A DNA stretch of 64,000 bases from an uncultured virus (IMG/VR IMGVR_UViG_2645728028_000003) (IMGVR_UViG_2645728028_000003:1-64000); one strand, 5' to 3'. Positions 1 to 9,543 are shown, counted from the first letter of the stretch. Numbers and translations: made by a program. The notes: generated by a model not told the origin, from the letters alone.

Positions 1-435
1 ATGGTTTCCGATTATTGTAAGTATTTTTCTTTTTGTAACCTTTTACTAATACCTAAAAAAAGAATTAGTTGGGTAGAACTCTTTATAATTTTTTGTATAG
101 TTGGTTTTGCGACATGGATTTCTGATTCGCTTATTTTAAGGATTTTCGATTTAATTGACTTAGGTTCTCCTGACAAGCCAGGTATCGGAGACATTATTTC
201 ATATACATTTATACCGCCATCTCTAGCATGTTTGTACTTGTATTTTCTGGATATGAAAAACAGGTGGAAATTAGTAACTATATTCACATTCCTTTCTCTT
301 CTTATAGAACTAGGAATGGAATTTTCCGGATATATGAAAACTAAAGATTGGGTCAAATTCACAACTCCATTGTTTTATTTTTTGGTATATGGTTTTGTAT
401 TGCCTTACATTTTAAAACTGATTAGACGTAGGTAA
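1..435 (+). CDS. Multi-pass membrane protein, CBO0543-like; 5' end may lie outside the window
   Basis: Hydrophobic ORF with several TM-like segments; family call from resemblance only. Confidence 0.5.
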   Translation: MVSDYCKYFSFCNLLLIPKKRISWVELFIIFCIVGFATWISDSLILRIFDLIDLGSPDKPGIGDIISYTFIPPSLACLYLYFLDMKNRWKLVTIFTFLSLLIELGMEFSGYMKTKDWVKFTTPLFYFLVYGFVLPYILKLIRRR

Positions 436-467
436 TTCAAATAGAACCAATTATAAATTAACTCCTC

Positions 468-656
468 CTACCTTTTGTTAATTTCATCGTTCACCTGAGA
501 ACGTACAGTGTTTACCACTTCTGCTTGAAAAGCATCGAAGAAGGATTGGAAAGCTTTCGTCTGTTCTTGCTCTGTTGATTCGGTATTTGCCAGAACTGCA
601 GTAAGGTTTGCTTTAGCATCGTTAAATACTTCTGATCGATTAAATTGGATTGTCAT
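468..656 (-). pseudogene. HK97-type major capsid protein, N-terminal fragment
   Basis: Follows the ClpP fragment with its own RBS; coiled-coil delta-domain-like start; ends after 62 aa. Confidence 0.65.
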
Positions 657-671
657 TGTATATCCCCCTAA

Positions 672-944
672 TTAATTTAAATTTAAAAAGAGCTTGCTCA
701 GATTCCCTTTTGCAACTACAGCAGGTTTCTGTTCAGGCTCTTTTTGTTTTGGATTTTTTAAATTTGTTATTTCGCTTTGAAGATTAATAATCATTGCTTT
801 AAGGTTTTCAATTTCAGCATCATCTGTTTGATCAGTATTAACACGATCTGCAAGACCAGCTTCAACAGCCGCGCTTGCCGTAAACCATGTCTCATCTTCC
901 ACAAGATCATTGAGGGTTTCTCTTTCACCTGTATAGCGAGTCAT
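672..944 (-). pseudogene. ClpP-type prohead protease, C-terminal fragment
   Basis: ETWFTASAAVEAGLAD matches the ClpP ETW.tA.EA...G.aD motif; N-terminus deleted. Confidence 0.8.
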
Positions 945-954
945 ATAAATATCT

Positions 955-1315
955 TATATTTAGGAATGCCGTGAAGAGGGCTAATCAAGAAATGAGTAAT
1001 AACGGATATCAATACATTCTTACCACCACCACGCCCGAGCATCCACAAATGTTTTGCGGTAGAAGACACGGCCATTTTCTTTATAAAATAAAAAAACGAA
1101 TGCATTTAAAACTTCTGAAATGGTTGCAATGGAAAATACCATTTCTCACCGAAGCTAATGCAATCGTCAATCATCTTGTCATCGAAATATAAATCTTCAC
1201 GATTTAAAACATGTTTCTCCAGATATTCAATGAGCCAAATGCGTTCATTATTTAGTTTGATCTTTCCAGACTTATAGAGTTTTATATAATGATCAACATG
1301 CTTATTCCGAATCAT
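955..1315 (-). pseudogene. terL: Terminase large subunit, N-terminal fragment (frameshifted)
   Basis: MIRNKHV...WYFPLQPFQKF continues after frameshifts into WMLGRGGGKN (Walker A), then a deletion joins it to the ClpP fragment. Confidence 0.8.
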
Positions 1316-1635
1316 ACAAGGTCGGCTGCTGAATACTCTTCATCGCCTGGGGAAGATGGAGTATAACTGTCCCGTATGAAATTAAATGATTTTTCAATAG
1401 AAAGCAGCTGGGCATTTACTTACATTTTGTCATTGACTGCTGGATGACTTTTTACAAATTTCTGCGCACCATTTTCAGTGGTCACTGTTGCACCATCCCG
1501 CTTGATATCCTTATCCAGTTGCTTATTCAACTTTACCAGGCTGATGTACCGTTCAACCTTTTCTACTTCCACAAGATCATCAGTATCAATTCTGCTCATA
1601 AGCTGATCTTGTAATTTTTTGACGTTTACAGGCAC
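1312..1635 (-). pseudogene. terS: P27-family terminase small subunit with premature stop
   Basis: ENGAQKFVKSHPAV motif; in-frame TAA at 1420-1422; frame continues VNAQLLSIEK...DLV* and overlaps the terL ATG. Confidence 0.8.
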
Positions 1636-1686
1636 TCCATCCCCCCCTTACGTGAGAAAAATGCTCATAAATCTGGAAAATAGGTT

Positions 1687-1739
1687 CCCCCTCCCCGGTG
1701 CCCCATTTTGAAAAAAGTCCAAAATTTTTGACCGGGGGA
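1687..1739. other. Putative cos packaging region
   Basis: CCCCTCCCCGGTGCCCCATTT..GACCGGGGG between HNH and terS; near-identical copy at 9898-9950. Confidence 0.55.
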
Positions 1740-1744
1740 CTATT

Positions 1745-1891
1745 TTAAAGCTTTTCTTTTAAAACAAAGTAAATTAATAAAGGCAGCCAACATATTCCTA
1801 ATACAATCCTATCTATCCAGCGATAGTCTTTTGCTTCCCAAAACAATAGCGCACCAAAGATTAAATAGACGGTTATTATCCAAATGATCAC
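1745..1891 (-). CDS. Small two-TM phage membrane protein (48 aa)
   Basis: GTG start just after the HNH stop; hydrophobic. Confidence 0.5.
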   Translation of the reverse strand: MIIWIITVYLIFGALLFWEAKDYRWIDRIVLGICWLPLLIYFVLKEKL

Positions 1892-1892
1892 C

Positions 1893-2036
1893 TTACCACC
1901 TTTCATCATGCTGCCATTTGTTTGGCTTCTTATTCCTAAAGTCACGGCTATGTTCTTTGTTATGGCAATCAACACAAACAGTCTCCAGATTATCTTCATC
2001 GAGAGCCAGCTCCGGATGCTGCTCAAGCTCCTTGAT
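1893..2036 (-). pseudogene. HNH endonuclease, C-terminal fragment
   Basis: Manual translation IKELEQHPELALDEDNLETVCVDCHNKEH...W*, almost identical to 10020-10298. Confidence 0.8.
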
Positions 2037-2050
2037 AGGTTTCTTTGCCA

Positions 2051-2266
2051 TCAAAACCACCTATTCTCATCTTTTTCAACACCAATCACTCTGAATGAAG
2101 CCAAAAGCAATTCATACTTTAATTCGTCATAATTTAATTCATCGATGGGAATACCTTGCTGCGATTCTCCAGCTCCTAAAGCAACTAACTGACCAAGGAC
2201 AAATTTCTTCTTTTCACTGTGAAATGTCTTTTGATTAATAGGTCCAGCTATTCCCATACCAAGCAC
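2051..2266 (-). CDS. Hypothetical phage protein (71 aa), duplicated at 17667-17882
   Basis: ORF conserved in both repeat copies (1 aa difference). Confidence 0.55.
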   Translation of the reverse strand: MLGMGIAGPINQKTFHSEKKKFVLGQLVALGAGESQQGIPIDELNYDELKYELLLASFRVIGVEKDENRWF

Positions 2267-2340
2267 CTACAATGCTTCAGAAGATTTCTGAATCTTATTT
2301 AATTGATCTTTATAATAATCACGTTGAGCCCGTGTCCTTT

Positions 2341-2427
2341 TTAAACCTTTATTCGCATATTAGTAAAAAGATTGAAACTGAAAGAATGAGTAAATTCGAG
2401 GAATACACGAAAAATGTCCTTGAATAA
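2341..2427 (+). pseudogene. Tyrosine integrase, C-terminal remnant
   Basis: Manual translation LNLYSHISKKIETERMSKFEEYTKNVLE*; catalytic-Tyr YSH motif; converges on the att site. Confidence 0.7.
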
Positions 2428-2506
2428 TTTTTTTGCTTTAAAATCGGGCATTTTTCGGGCGACTGCAAATTCAACACCTATATCCTTTTTTTGCCCGGAA
2501 ACAAAT

Positions 2507-2537
2507 AACCCCTCGATACCAGTAGTATCAAGGGGTA
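2507..2537 (-). terminator. Terminator-like hairpin after the glnA 3' end copy
   Basis: ACCCCTCGATAC / GTATCAAGGGGT inverted repeat. Confidence 0.7.
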
Positions 2538-2543
2538 TTATTC

Positions 2544-2600
2544 TTAGTACATGCTCATGTACTGCTCGCGCTCCCATGGATGCACTTGCGTACGGAACAT
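2544..2600 (-). repeat. glnA: att core: copy of the glnA 3' end
   Basis: Translates MFRTQVHPWEREQYMSMY*, matching the Bacillus GlnA C-terminus; identical at 18161-18217. Confidence 0.9.
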
Positions 2601-2712
2601 ATACTATAGAAGAAATAAGCATTGTATGGTTATCTATATGCTTATATTACAAGGTTTTCAACCTACAATTATATTATGATCCGAAATGAAATATGCACGA
2701 ATATGGACGATT

Positions 2713-2743
2713 TTTGGTCATTGTTTGGTCAAAAGTTTGGTCT
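2713..2743. promoter_or_regulatory. Putative integrase arm-type sites (TTTGGTC x3)
   Basis: Three direct repeats 11-12 bp apart, about 110 bp from the att core. Confidence 0.55.
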
Positions 2744-2749
2744 ATTAAC

Positions 2750-3379
2750 TTACCTCAAATCCTCTTTAGTGAACACCATACATAACATCCCTACATCAGA
2801 GCAGTATTTACTTAATATCTCCCTTCTGCTTTCAGTTGTGGTGTAAAAGACAAGGACAGGCTTGTGCTTATACTGCTTCTCGATTGCTGGAGCAAGCAAT
2901 TCGTATTGTTTAATTTTCTTTTTGTTCTCAGCCATGGATTGAGTCCGGTCTACTTCTAAAAAGTGAAAGACTTTGTGGTGGATAAAGGTTGCATCAGGGA
3001 TTATCGAGGTCTCTTTGTAGGTCAGCCCACTTTGATATTTGAATGTTATCTTCTGTTCTATCCTCCAGTCTTGTGGACGGTTAAAATACAGATACATGTC
3101 ATTTCTGAGGAGATGATGATCTACAGCTAATGACCACTTAACTTCTTTATCAGAGCCAATCATGTCTCTACCAGTAGTGTTTAAATAATACACATATTTG
3201 CCGTTATGCATCTTAATGTGCAGAAAGTCTTTCATCCGATTCAGCACCTTCAGAGCATTACGATCAGTACCCAATCCATGCAGTACCTGGAGATGTTCTC
3301 TTGAAGCGAAAATCAATTTATCCAAACTTAACAAGATCTTCTCCTGCCTGCTCTTCTTTTTCTCGATACTCGACAACAT
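2750..3379 (-). CDS. Replication-relaxation (Replic_Relax) family protein
   Basis: N-terminal wHTH, HHLLRND, IIPDATF, FLEVDRTQ (PD-(D/E)xK-like); coupled to FtsK. Confidence 0.8.
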   Translation of the reverse strand: MLSSIEKKKSRQEKILLSLDKLIFASREHLQVLHGLGTDRNALKVLNRMKDFLHIKMHNGKYVYYLNTTGRDMIGSDKEVKWSLAVDHHLLRNDMYLYFNRPQDWRIEQKITFKYQSGLTYKETSIIPDATFIHHKVFHFLEVDRTQSMAENKKKIKQYELLAPAIEKQYKHKPVLVFYTTTESRREILSKYCSDVGMLCMVFTKEDLR

Positions 3380-4598
3380 GTTCTGGCGCTCCTTTCATTG
3401 ATTGTGGGACCTGGTATCGCTCTAATCGTTTCCACATGTCATGATCCTCTAATAGAGGGACCTGCATTTTCTGGAGTTCATGAGTTTTATAGAGCCCCCT
3501 GCCTTTCACATCAGATGGCAGCTCCTCAGCTCCCCTTTCATCTATAGCCACTTCTGAAGCATAACCGGATGGCAGCCGAAAAGTTACCTTACCATCTGAA
3601 TTTTGCTTTATAGAACGAGGCAAAGTGTCTGATGTTGGGTATTGGGTGCAGAATACTTCCCTATAGCCTAACCCGCCGCCAATTCGTGTGATTTCACCTA
3701 AGAAGTATTGGCAGGCACCCAGCATTTCTTTCTGAGGTTTTTTCATCCACTTCTCAGGGGCCAGTTGGGCTGCTTCATCCACAATGATGAACTTCCTTTT
3801 CTTAATTGGTGTGTTAGATATGTTTGTATAGAAATTTTCTTGGAAGTACTTATATTCCTCCTGCATTTGATTGTGGATACCTTCAAGCATGATAGCAGCT
3901 TCCATTGGATTGCTGGCAACTCCTTTTACTTGCTCCAGGAGCTTATACCTTCCAAACTCCAAACCGCCCTTTAAATCGATGATATACAGCTCAACATCTT
4001 GGGGGTGGTACTCAATTAGATACGTGACTAAGACTTTAAGAAAAACAGTCTTTCCAAATCGGGTAGTCCCCGCCACAGTCATATGAGGTATCTTTTCAAA
4101 GTCATGCCATAGCATCCCTTCCAGGACCTTTCCTAACGGAATCACCCATAAGTTCTCTCCTGCCTTCTTATGGTCCTCTGGATAGACAGGACATTCCGGA
4201 ACAAGTTTATATGGGAATAAGTCCGGAATATCCTTCTTAAACACTTTAATCACTAAATACTTGCGTGGATCCTTCGGAATCACCCAGGCTTTAAATTCGA
4301 CCAATACCGGCCGGCTTAAACCATCTGAGAAAAAATGCACCTTCTTTTCCATCTCAGCCATTTTTGTAGCCGGCAATCCCAATGGAATTTGAAATACATA
4401 CTTAGTTCCGATTTCCTCGTTCCCATCCACAATAGGATATTTCTTTTTGAACTTAGGGAATTGAGGCTCCCCTTTTTTATTGGTGATTCCGTACCCTGTG
4501 TTTTCAAATATCGTCTGTATGCTTTTCCTTTCATTGCTCCCTTTAGGGATGGCTGCAGCTCCTGCCACCAACAAGGGAAAAGCTAACCATTCAACCAT
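3318..4598 (-). CDS. FtsK/SpoIIIE-family ATPase with N-terminal membrane anchor
   Basis: Walker A GTTRFGKT, IIDLKGG, Walker B IIVDEAAQL, TQYP; RBS before ATG at 4598. Confidence 0.9.
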   Translation of the reverse strand: MVEWLAFPLLVAGAAAIPKGSNERKSIQTIFENTGYGITNKKGEPQFPKFKKKYPIVDGNEEIGTKYVFQIPLGLPATKMAEMEKKVHFFSDGLSRPVLVEFKAWVIPKDPRKYLVIKVFKKDIPDLFPYKLVPECPVYPEDHKKAGENLWVIPLGKVLEGMLWHDFEKIPHMTVAGTTRFGKTVFLKVLVTYLIEYHPQDVELYIIDLKGGLEFGRYKLLEQVKGVASNPMEAAIMLEGIHNQMQEEYKYFQENFYTNISNTPIKKRKFIIVDEAAQLAPEKWMKKPQKEMLGACQYFLGEITRIGGGLGYREVFCTQYPTSDTLPRSIKQNSDGKVTFRLPSGYASEVAIDERGAEELPSDVKGRGLYKTHELQKMQVPLLEDHDMWKRLERYQVPQSMKGAPEHVVEYREKEEQAGEDLVKFG

Positions 4599-4750
4599 TG
4601 GCCAAGCGCTCCTTTCCGAAATGAACTTGTGGAACAAGTGAATGAGGACTTTAGCATAAAGCTAAAGTAATTTCACTCAAACCGAACTATTTAATACAAG
4701 CTCTATCCATTGAAAACATTGATATCCGAACAGACTGGAGAACTGACTGC

Positions 4751-5020
4751 CTAAAACCCGATGATCAGGCTGCGTATGAGTGGGTTCTTGAATACAGCCC
4801 ACCCGATAGCAAACAGAATACCTCCCAGACCAACTGCCCGAACAGTCGCTTCATTGATCGGCACGCCACATTTTTCTAAAAAAAAGAGGGCCATTAAGAC
4901 AGCCCCAGTGCCCACAAAGAACGTAAGTCCCCCGTCTACCATGGATAGTAATTCGGGATCTAGAGCCATATAGGAATACCCAGAGACAAACTGTTTAAAA
5001 GGAATAACCTCTACTCCCAC
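4751..5020 (-). CDS. Small two-TM membrane protein
   Basis: Strong RBS; two hydrophobic helices; upstream of FtsK. Confidence 0.7.
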   Translation of the reverse strand: MGVEVIPFKQFVSGYSYMALDPELLSMVDGGLTFFVGTGAVLMALFFLEKCGVPINEATVRAVGLGGILFAIGWAVFKNPLIRSLIIGF

Positions 5021-5468
5021 GTTTCTCTTCCTCCTTCAGCTTTCTCTTTAATTTAGCTGCCGTTTGATAATAAACGTCATCATAGCTTTCAATGCCGGCA
5101 GCCACACATTGATACCTTTCCAGGTAGTTCATGATAGTCCAGCAATCATCTGCTGTTTTGCACTGAAATACAGTTGATTAAGATAATCAGAGGAAAATAG
5201 AAATTCAGTTTCGTCCAGCTCAGTAAAACTACTTTCATACTGCCTCCTCTTGGTTACCTCCCTTTTCTTATAACCGTCAAAAATACTTTTTAAAATGCCA
5301 TTGATCATGGATCTACACCTCTTTCTGTCAGTGTCTGATACAATATATGGGCTAGTGACTATAAAATTGCCTGTCTCTCAAAGAAAAGTTAAATTTTTAT
5401 CAAACTTATCTTTAAAGGAATTCAAAGCAAAGTGTGGAAATGGTTATAAAAGCTATTGGAGGCCACAT

Positions 5469-5669
5469 ATGTTTAAAAATAATATAGATTATTGGATGGA
5501 TAAGCAGGGGTTAAAGAACAAACATATCGCTAAAGCTTGTGAAGTAACGGAAACCACCTTTTCAAAATGGAGACAAAATAAGACTCAGCCAGATTTGAAA
5601 CAATCGGCAATCATTGCCCGTAAATTAGGAATATCAATCGACGACTTAGCAGATCTCAAGGAGGATTAA
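5469..5669 (+). CDS. XRE/HTH transcriptional regulator
   Basis: HTH_3 pattern (IAKACEVTETTFSKWRQNKTQP); RBS GGAGG before 5469. Confidence 0.85.
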   Translation: MFKNNIDYWMDKQGLKNKHIAKACEVTETTFSKWRQNKTQPDLKQSAIIARKLGISIDDLADLKED

Positions 5670-5672
5670 ATA

Positions 5673-6182
5673 ATGTTTTATTTGTTTGTTGGGCTTTTTA
5701 TAATAACTATTGCATTAGGGATACTTACTATTTTCTTTTTGTTCAAGTGGGAAAAATACGGCAGCAAGAGACTTTCAATAACTGCATTGGCACTCGTTGT
5801 CTCGGTATTGATTTTAATCCCTCTTGGGAAAGCGCCAGTAGTTGATGAAATGTCTGAGGAAGAAGCTAACCAATGGTATGAAGACAATATTGCACCAAAA
5901 TCAACTGAAGAAACTGCGAGTGTAGCACAAGAGGTTAAGGAAAATAAACCGACAATAAGCAAAGCTGAAGCTGATCAAATTCATGTAGGAATGACTTATG
6001 AAGAAGTTGTGTCAATTATTGGGCAGGAAGGAACTTTAGACAATGAAACTAAAATGAGCCATACCACTTTAACCTCATATAAATGGAAAAACGAAGATGG
6101 TAGTTATGCAGCTATTTTTTTCTCTGACAAAAATACTGGTGTTCCTAAAGTTAAAGATTTTATTTTCAGTAACTTAAAATAA
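5673..6182 (+). CDS. Membrane-anchored protein with BLIP/DUF3862-like domain
   Basis: Two N-terminal TMs; IHVGMTYEEVVSIIG motif. Confidence 0.65.
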   Translation: MFYLFVGLFIITIALGILTIFFLFKWEKYGSKRLSITALALVVSVLILIPLGKAPVVDEMSEEEANQWYEDNIAPKSTEETASVAQEVKENKPTISKAEADQIHVGMTYEEVVSIIGQEGTLDNETKMSHTTLTSYKWKNEDGSYAAIFFSDKNTGVPKVKDFIFSNLK

Positions 6183-6200
6183 TAAAAACAAACCGTCTCA

Positions 6201-6422
6201 CTAAGAGGCGGTTTTTAATATGCGCAGCGTCCTTGGTTGTGTTGGCTCCCAGCTAATATATCCTTTGTCCCTTAGTTTATGAAGCAAGTCACTAACTGTA
6301 GATGATGATTTTAATCCCAACATATCTGCAAGATCACGAAATGCCGGTGGATAATTGTGTTTATTTATATATTGATTTATTGCTTCTAACGTTTCTTTTT
6401 GCCTCTTGGATAGATCACGCAT
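6201..6422 (-). CDS. LexA DNA-binding-domain-only protein
   Basis: LSKRQKETL...YPPAFRDLADMLGLKSSSTV...PRTLRI; no peptidase domain. Confidence 0.85.
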   Translation of the reverse strand: MRDLSKRQKETLEAINQYINKHNYPPAFRDLADMLGLKSSSTVSDLLHKLRDKGYISWEPTQPRTLRILKTAS

Positions 6423-6639
6423 AATTTACCCCTCTTTTTCTACGTTGTTTGGCAGCAGATAAAATGTTTGCTCGTTTAAATGATCTCAGCTGCTGTTTAC
6501 CAATATCAAAAGTAAGGATGCCTTCCACAGTGATTTTTCGAATAATAACAGCCCGATATGTGAGCTCTCCTGCGTCATTCATGTATATCAAATCAATCGG
6601 TAATTTATTTTCCAGCGAGTATATAAACAAGCAATTCAT
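6415..6639 (-). CDS. Small WYL/SH3-like protein
   Basis: LIYMNDAGELTYR...RSFKRANILS; paralogue of 24161-24379. Confidence 0.6.
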   Translation of the reverse strand: MNCLFIYSLENKLPIDLIYMNDAGELTYRAVIIRKITVEGILTFDIGKQQLRSFKRANILSAAKQRRKRGVNYA

Positions 6640-6670
6640 TATTTTCAGCTCCTTTTGACACAATAATATA

Positions 6671-6720
6671 CAAACACACGTTCGATTTCAAGTTGATTTT
6701 AGAACAAACGTTTGTATAAT
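6671..6720. promoter_or_regulatory. Two LexA (SOS) boxes overlapping a sigA-like promoter
   Basis: CAAACACACGTTCG 6671-6684 and AGAACAAACGTTTG 6701-6714; TTGATT-16-TATAAT. Confidence 0.75.
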
Positions 6721-6745
6721 TTATAGTATAAGGAGATGACAAGAA

Positions 6746-7075
6746 ATGATTCGTGATCGCGGAAAAATGAAATGGCAATCTGCATTCTTTATGCCCGAGC
6801 ATGTGAAAATGCTAAAACAAATAACCTTTGATGATAAGAAACAAAAGAAGCCACTGCTGGATGAACAGGAATTTGAGGAGATTGGTTTTATTGTTATGGA
6901 TTCACTAAACTACACGATCCCCATCAAAGTAACGATCTGGCAGGAAGGTTTCTTCGAGACAATTACGGGGATTGTGGCTAAAGTGGATATGCTAATGAAA
7001 TACATACTATTTGAATGCGATGACGGAAGAAGAAGGATCAGTATTGGAGAAATAACGGGTGTTGAGAGGGTTTAA
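6746..7075 (+). CDS. YolD-like protein
   Basis: MIRDRGKMKW..FMPEH...KPLLDE signature. Confidence 0.9.
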   Translation: MIRDRGKMKWQSAFFMPEHVKMLKQITFDDKKQKKPLLDEQEFEEIGFIVMDSLNYTIPIKVTIWQEGFFETITGIVAKVDMLMKYILFECDDGRRRISIGEITGVERV

Positions 7076-7458
7076 TGATGACCAGGATTCCAGAAAAAGA
7101 CCGAGATATTTTAGAGCAAGCAATGTACTTGCCTATGCTGCTAACCATTCTTGAACGTGATCGGACTATATTTGATAAGACCGGCTTTAAACTCAAAGAG
7201 CCTTATCTTCAGTTAATTGAGGAAACCATTAAGGCCGTTCAAAGGGATTTAAAAGAAGCAAGGAACGCAATGAGAAAAGGCCAGATGAAGGTTGAGCAGG
7301 TAGCACGGGATGAGGCTTTTACGATGTTTATATTCATTTACAAAGGGTTTGAGGAACAACATAATTACTTCAACCCAAGGATCCGGAATAAAGTTCAGGA
7401 GTTAATGGAGTACTACCTTTATAACCGCTATAAAAATAAAGAACAAGCCAATATATAA
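7075..7458 (+). CDS. Conserved hypothetical protein (YhjD-like)
   Basis: Coupled to yolD; YLPMLLTILERD motif. Confidence 0.65.
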   Translation: MMTRIPEKDRDILEQAMYLPMLLTILERDRTIFDKTGFKLKEPYLQLIEETIKAVQRDLKEARNAMRKGQMKVEQVARDEAFTMFIFIYKGFEEQHNYFNPRIRNKVQELMEYYLYNRYKNKEQANI

Positions 7459-7647
7459 ATCGCCTTTATTCCATAAACGGGCCATTATATTAAATAAGGG
7501 TTGCATAAACCCCAGTTTTTTACAGCTTTCTGGCTTCCGAAGAAGCCAAAAACGTTGATACATCAACGATGTATAAAATCGTGAATATACAAGTAAAAAG
7601 GAACAAAGTTCAAACCTTTGGTAAATAAGGATTTCGCCTTTTGGTGT

Positions 7648-7675
7648 ACTCCCGAAAGTTGCGATTATGATAATT
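7648..7675 (+). other. Degenerate dif-like Xer site
   Basis: ACTCCCGAAAG-TTGCGA-TTATGATAATT; upstream flank homologous to those of the 31063 and 53953 sites. Confidence 0.55.
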
Positions 7676-7899
7676 AGGTTTGTATAGAGTATGCAGCGGT
7701 CTATTGGGGATCTTGTTCAACTTCAAGGGATGATTTTGATTTAGACGAAAATATTTACTTTTCTTGAATTTCTAGTATCCAAAATTAATTTTAAGGAGAC
7801 TAGAAAAGCACATAAATTCAAAATAGGTATCTGCCCAATCAAAATGGGTTAATTCACCATAACTTATGAATGTATGACTTTTAGGAAATGGAGGTATTT

Positions 7900-9270
7900 A
7901 TGAATATGTATAGACAGTCTATACCGTATAATAACAATTACCATGGTTGGCTACGACCAACATCACAATACGAAAATTATTTTAGGGAAACTCGAGCTCC
8001 AATAGCTGGTGATTCTAATGTTCCAGGTGTTGCGGCAGTTTACGGCAATAATACGAATGGTGGTACAGGTGTAGCCGGGAAAAGTATAAGTGGCTGGGGT
8101 ACTTCGGGCCATAGTGACACGAGCACGGGAGTAGTTGGAGTAAGTAAAAGCGGTTGGGGTACTTCGGGCGAGAGTGTAACGAACACGGGAGTAGTGGGAA
8201 TGAGTAAAAGTGGCTGGGGTGTATCCGGCCATAGTGACACGAGCACAGGAGTAGTGGGAATAAGTAAAAGTGGCTGGGGTACTTCGGGCGAGAGTACAAC
8301 GAACACGGGAGTAGTGGGAATGAGTAAAAGTGGCTGGGGTGTATCCGGTAAAAGTGGCTGGGGTACTTCGGGCGAGAGTATAACGAACACGGGAGTAGTG
8401 GGAATGAGTAAAAGTGGCTGGGGTGTATCCGGCCATAGTGACACGAACACAGGAGTAGTGGGAATAAGTAAAAGTGGCTGGGGTACTTCGGGCGAGAGTA
8501 CAACGAACACGGGAGTAGTGGGAATGAGTAAAAGTGGCTGGGGTGTATCCGGCCATGGTGACACGAATACAGGAGTAGTGGGAATAAGTAAAAGTGGCTG
8601 GGGTACTTCGGGCGAGAGTATAACGAACACGGGAGTAGTGGGAATGAGTAAAAGTGGCTGGGGTGTATCCGGCCATGGTGACACGAATACAGGAGTAGTG
8701 GGAATGAGTAAAAGTGGCTGGGGTGTATCCGGTCATGGTGACACGAATACAGGAGTAGTGGGAATAAGTAAAAGTGGCTGGGGTACTTCGGGCGAGAGTA
8801 TAACGAACACGGGAGTAGTGGGAATGAGTAAAAGTGGCTGGGGTGTATCCGGCCATGGTGACACGAATACAGGAGTAGTGGGAATAAGTAAAAGTGGCTG
8901 GGGTACTTCGGGCGAGAGTATAACGAACACGGGAGTAGTGGGAATGAGTAAAAGTGGCTGGGGTGTATCCGGCCATAGTGACACGAACATGGGAGTTGCA
9001 GGGATAAGTAGAGATAACATTGGTGTATATGGGAAAGGCGGACGACTCGCAGGTATGTTTGAAGGTAATGTTGACATAACGGGTTCTCTTACTGTTCAGG
9101 GCAAGAACATCAACGAACTTACGGGACTGCAACAGCAAGTCAATAACCTTCAGCAGCAATTATCAAGCATACAACAAAAACACGACGAAGATGTACAGGG
9201 TATCGCAAACAGTTTGTTAACGCTCGCTCAACGGGTCACCGCTTTAGAAAGTCTATCACATTCACATTGA
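7900..9270 (+). CDS. Gly/Ser-rich tandem-repeat (GVxG) protein with C-terminal coiled coil
   Basis: RBS GGAGGT; 16 SGWG motifs in 20-aa units; AGMFEGNVDITG then heptad-like tail. Confidence 0.8.
   Translation: MNMYRQSIPYNNNYHGWLRPTSQYENYFRETRAPIAGDSNVPGVAAVYGNNTNGGTGVAGKSISGWGTSGHSDTSTGVVGVSKSGWGTSGESVTNTGVVGMSKSGWGVSGHSDTSTGVVGISKSGWGTSGESTTNTGVVGMSKSGWGVSGKSGWGTSGESITNTGVVGMSKSGWGVSGHSDTNTGVVGISKSGWGTSGESTTNTGVVGMSKSGWGVSGHGDTNTGVVGISKSGWGTSGESITNTGVVGMSKSGWGVSGHGDTNTGVVGMSKSGWGVSGHGDTNTGVVGISKSGWGTSGESITNTGVVGMSKSGWGVSGHGDTNTGVVGISKSGWGTSGESITNTGVVGMSKSGWGVSGHSDTNMGVAGISRDNIGVYGKGGRLAGMFEGNVDITGSLTVQGKNINELTGLQQQVNNLQQQLSSIQQKHDEDVQGIANSLLTLAQRVTALESLSHSH
8077..9000 (+). repeat. Coding tandem repeat, 60-bp unit with alternating variants
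   Basis: Recurrent AAAAGTGGCTGGGGT every 60 bp; one shortened unit near 8345. Confidence 0.95.
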
Positions 9271-9352
9271 GAACCCCCATCAAATAGATTGCTAGCTGAA
9301 TCTGCATACGACAAACAAGAATGTATATAAATCGTCTTTAATTTTTAAAGAT

Positions 9353-9381
9353 AATGCCGATAATATCTGATTATGTTAAAT
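9353..9381 (+). other. dif-like Xer site (7-bp spacer)
   Basis: AATGCCGATAA-TATCTGA-TTATGTTAAAT; right arm is a canonical XerD arm. Confidence 0.7.
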
Positions 9382-9543
9382 AAACATATTCAGGAATACG
9401 ATAATCTTATTCTTTAATCGGAAGTGAAAACAGAAGATCATTATGCTATGCATTTAATATTATTTGGATATCGAGTTTTCAAGAAAAGGGCACGTTTGTT
9501 TAATACTCTTCTCTTACTACAAATAGAGAGTAAATTAAAGAAG

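Larger units (their letters stand above)
468..2543 (-). mobile_element. Element C: heavily deleted cos/HK97-type prophage remnant
   Basis: Fragments of integrase, HNH, terS, terL, ClpP and capsid in phage order, next to a glnA att copy. Confidence 0.8.
2036..2600. repeat. ~565-bp direct repeat, copy 1 (copy 2 at 17652-18217)
   Basis: Near-identical sequence with only a few substitutions and one indel. Confidence 0.95.

Noticed and set aside
2341..2689. ORFs 2341-2622, 2414-2689 and 17957-18148
   Set aside because: They span the att, terminator and integrase stub; better explained by those features
8077..9000. CRISPR array
   Set aside because: Units are contiguous 60-bp coding repeats without unique spacers; no cas genes in the window
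7963..9159. Long minus-strand ORFs over the repeat
   Set aside because: Shadow frames of the stop-poor repeat; the plus-strand gene has the RBS and non-repeat termini
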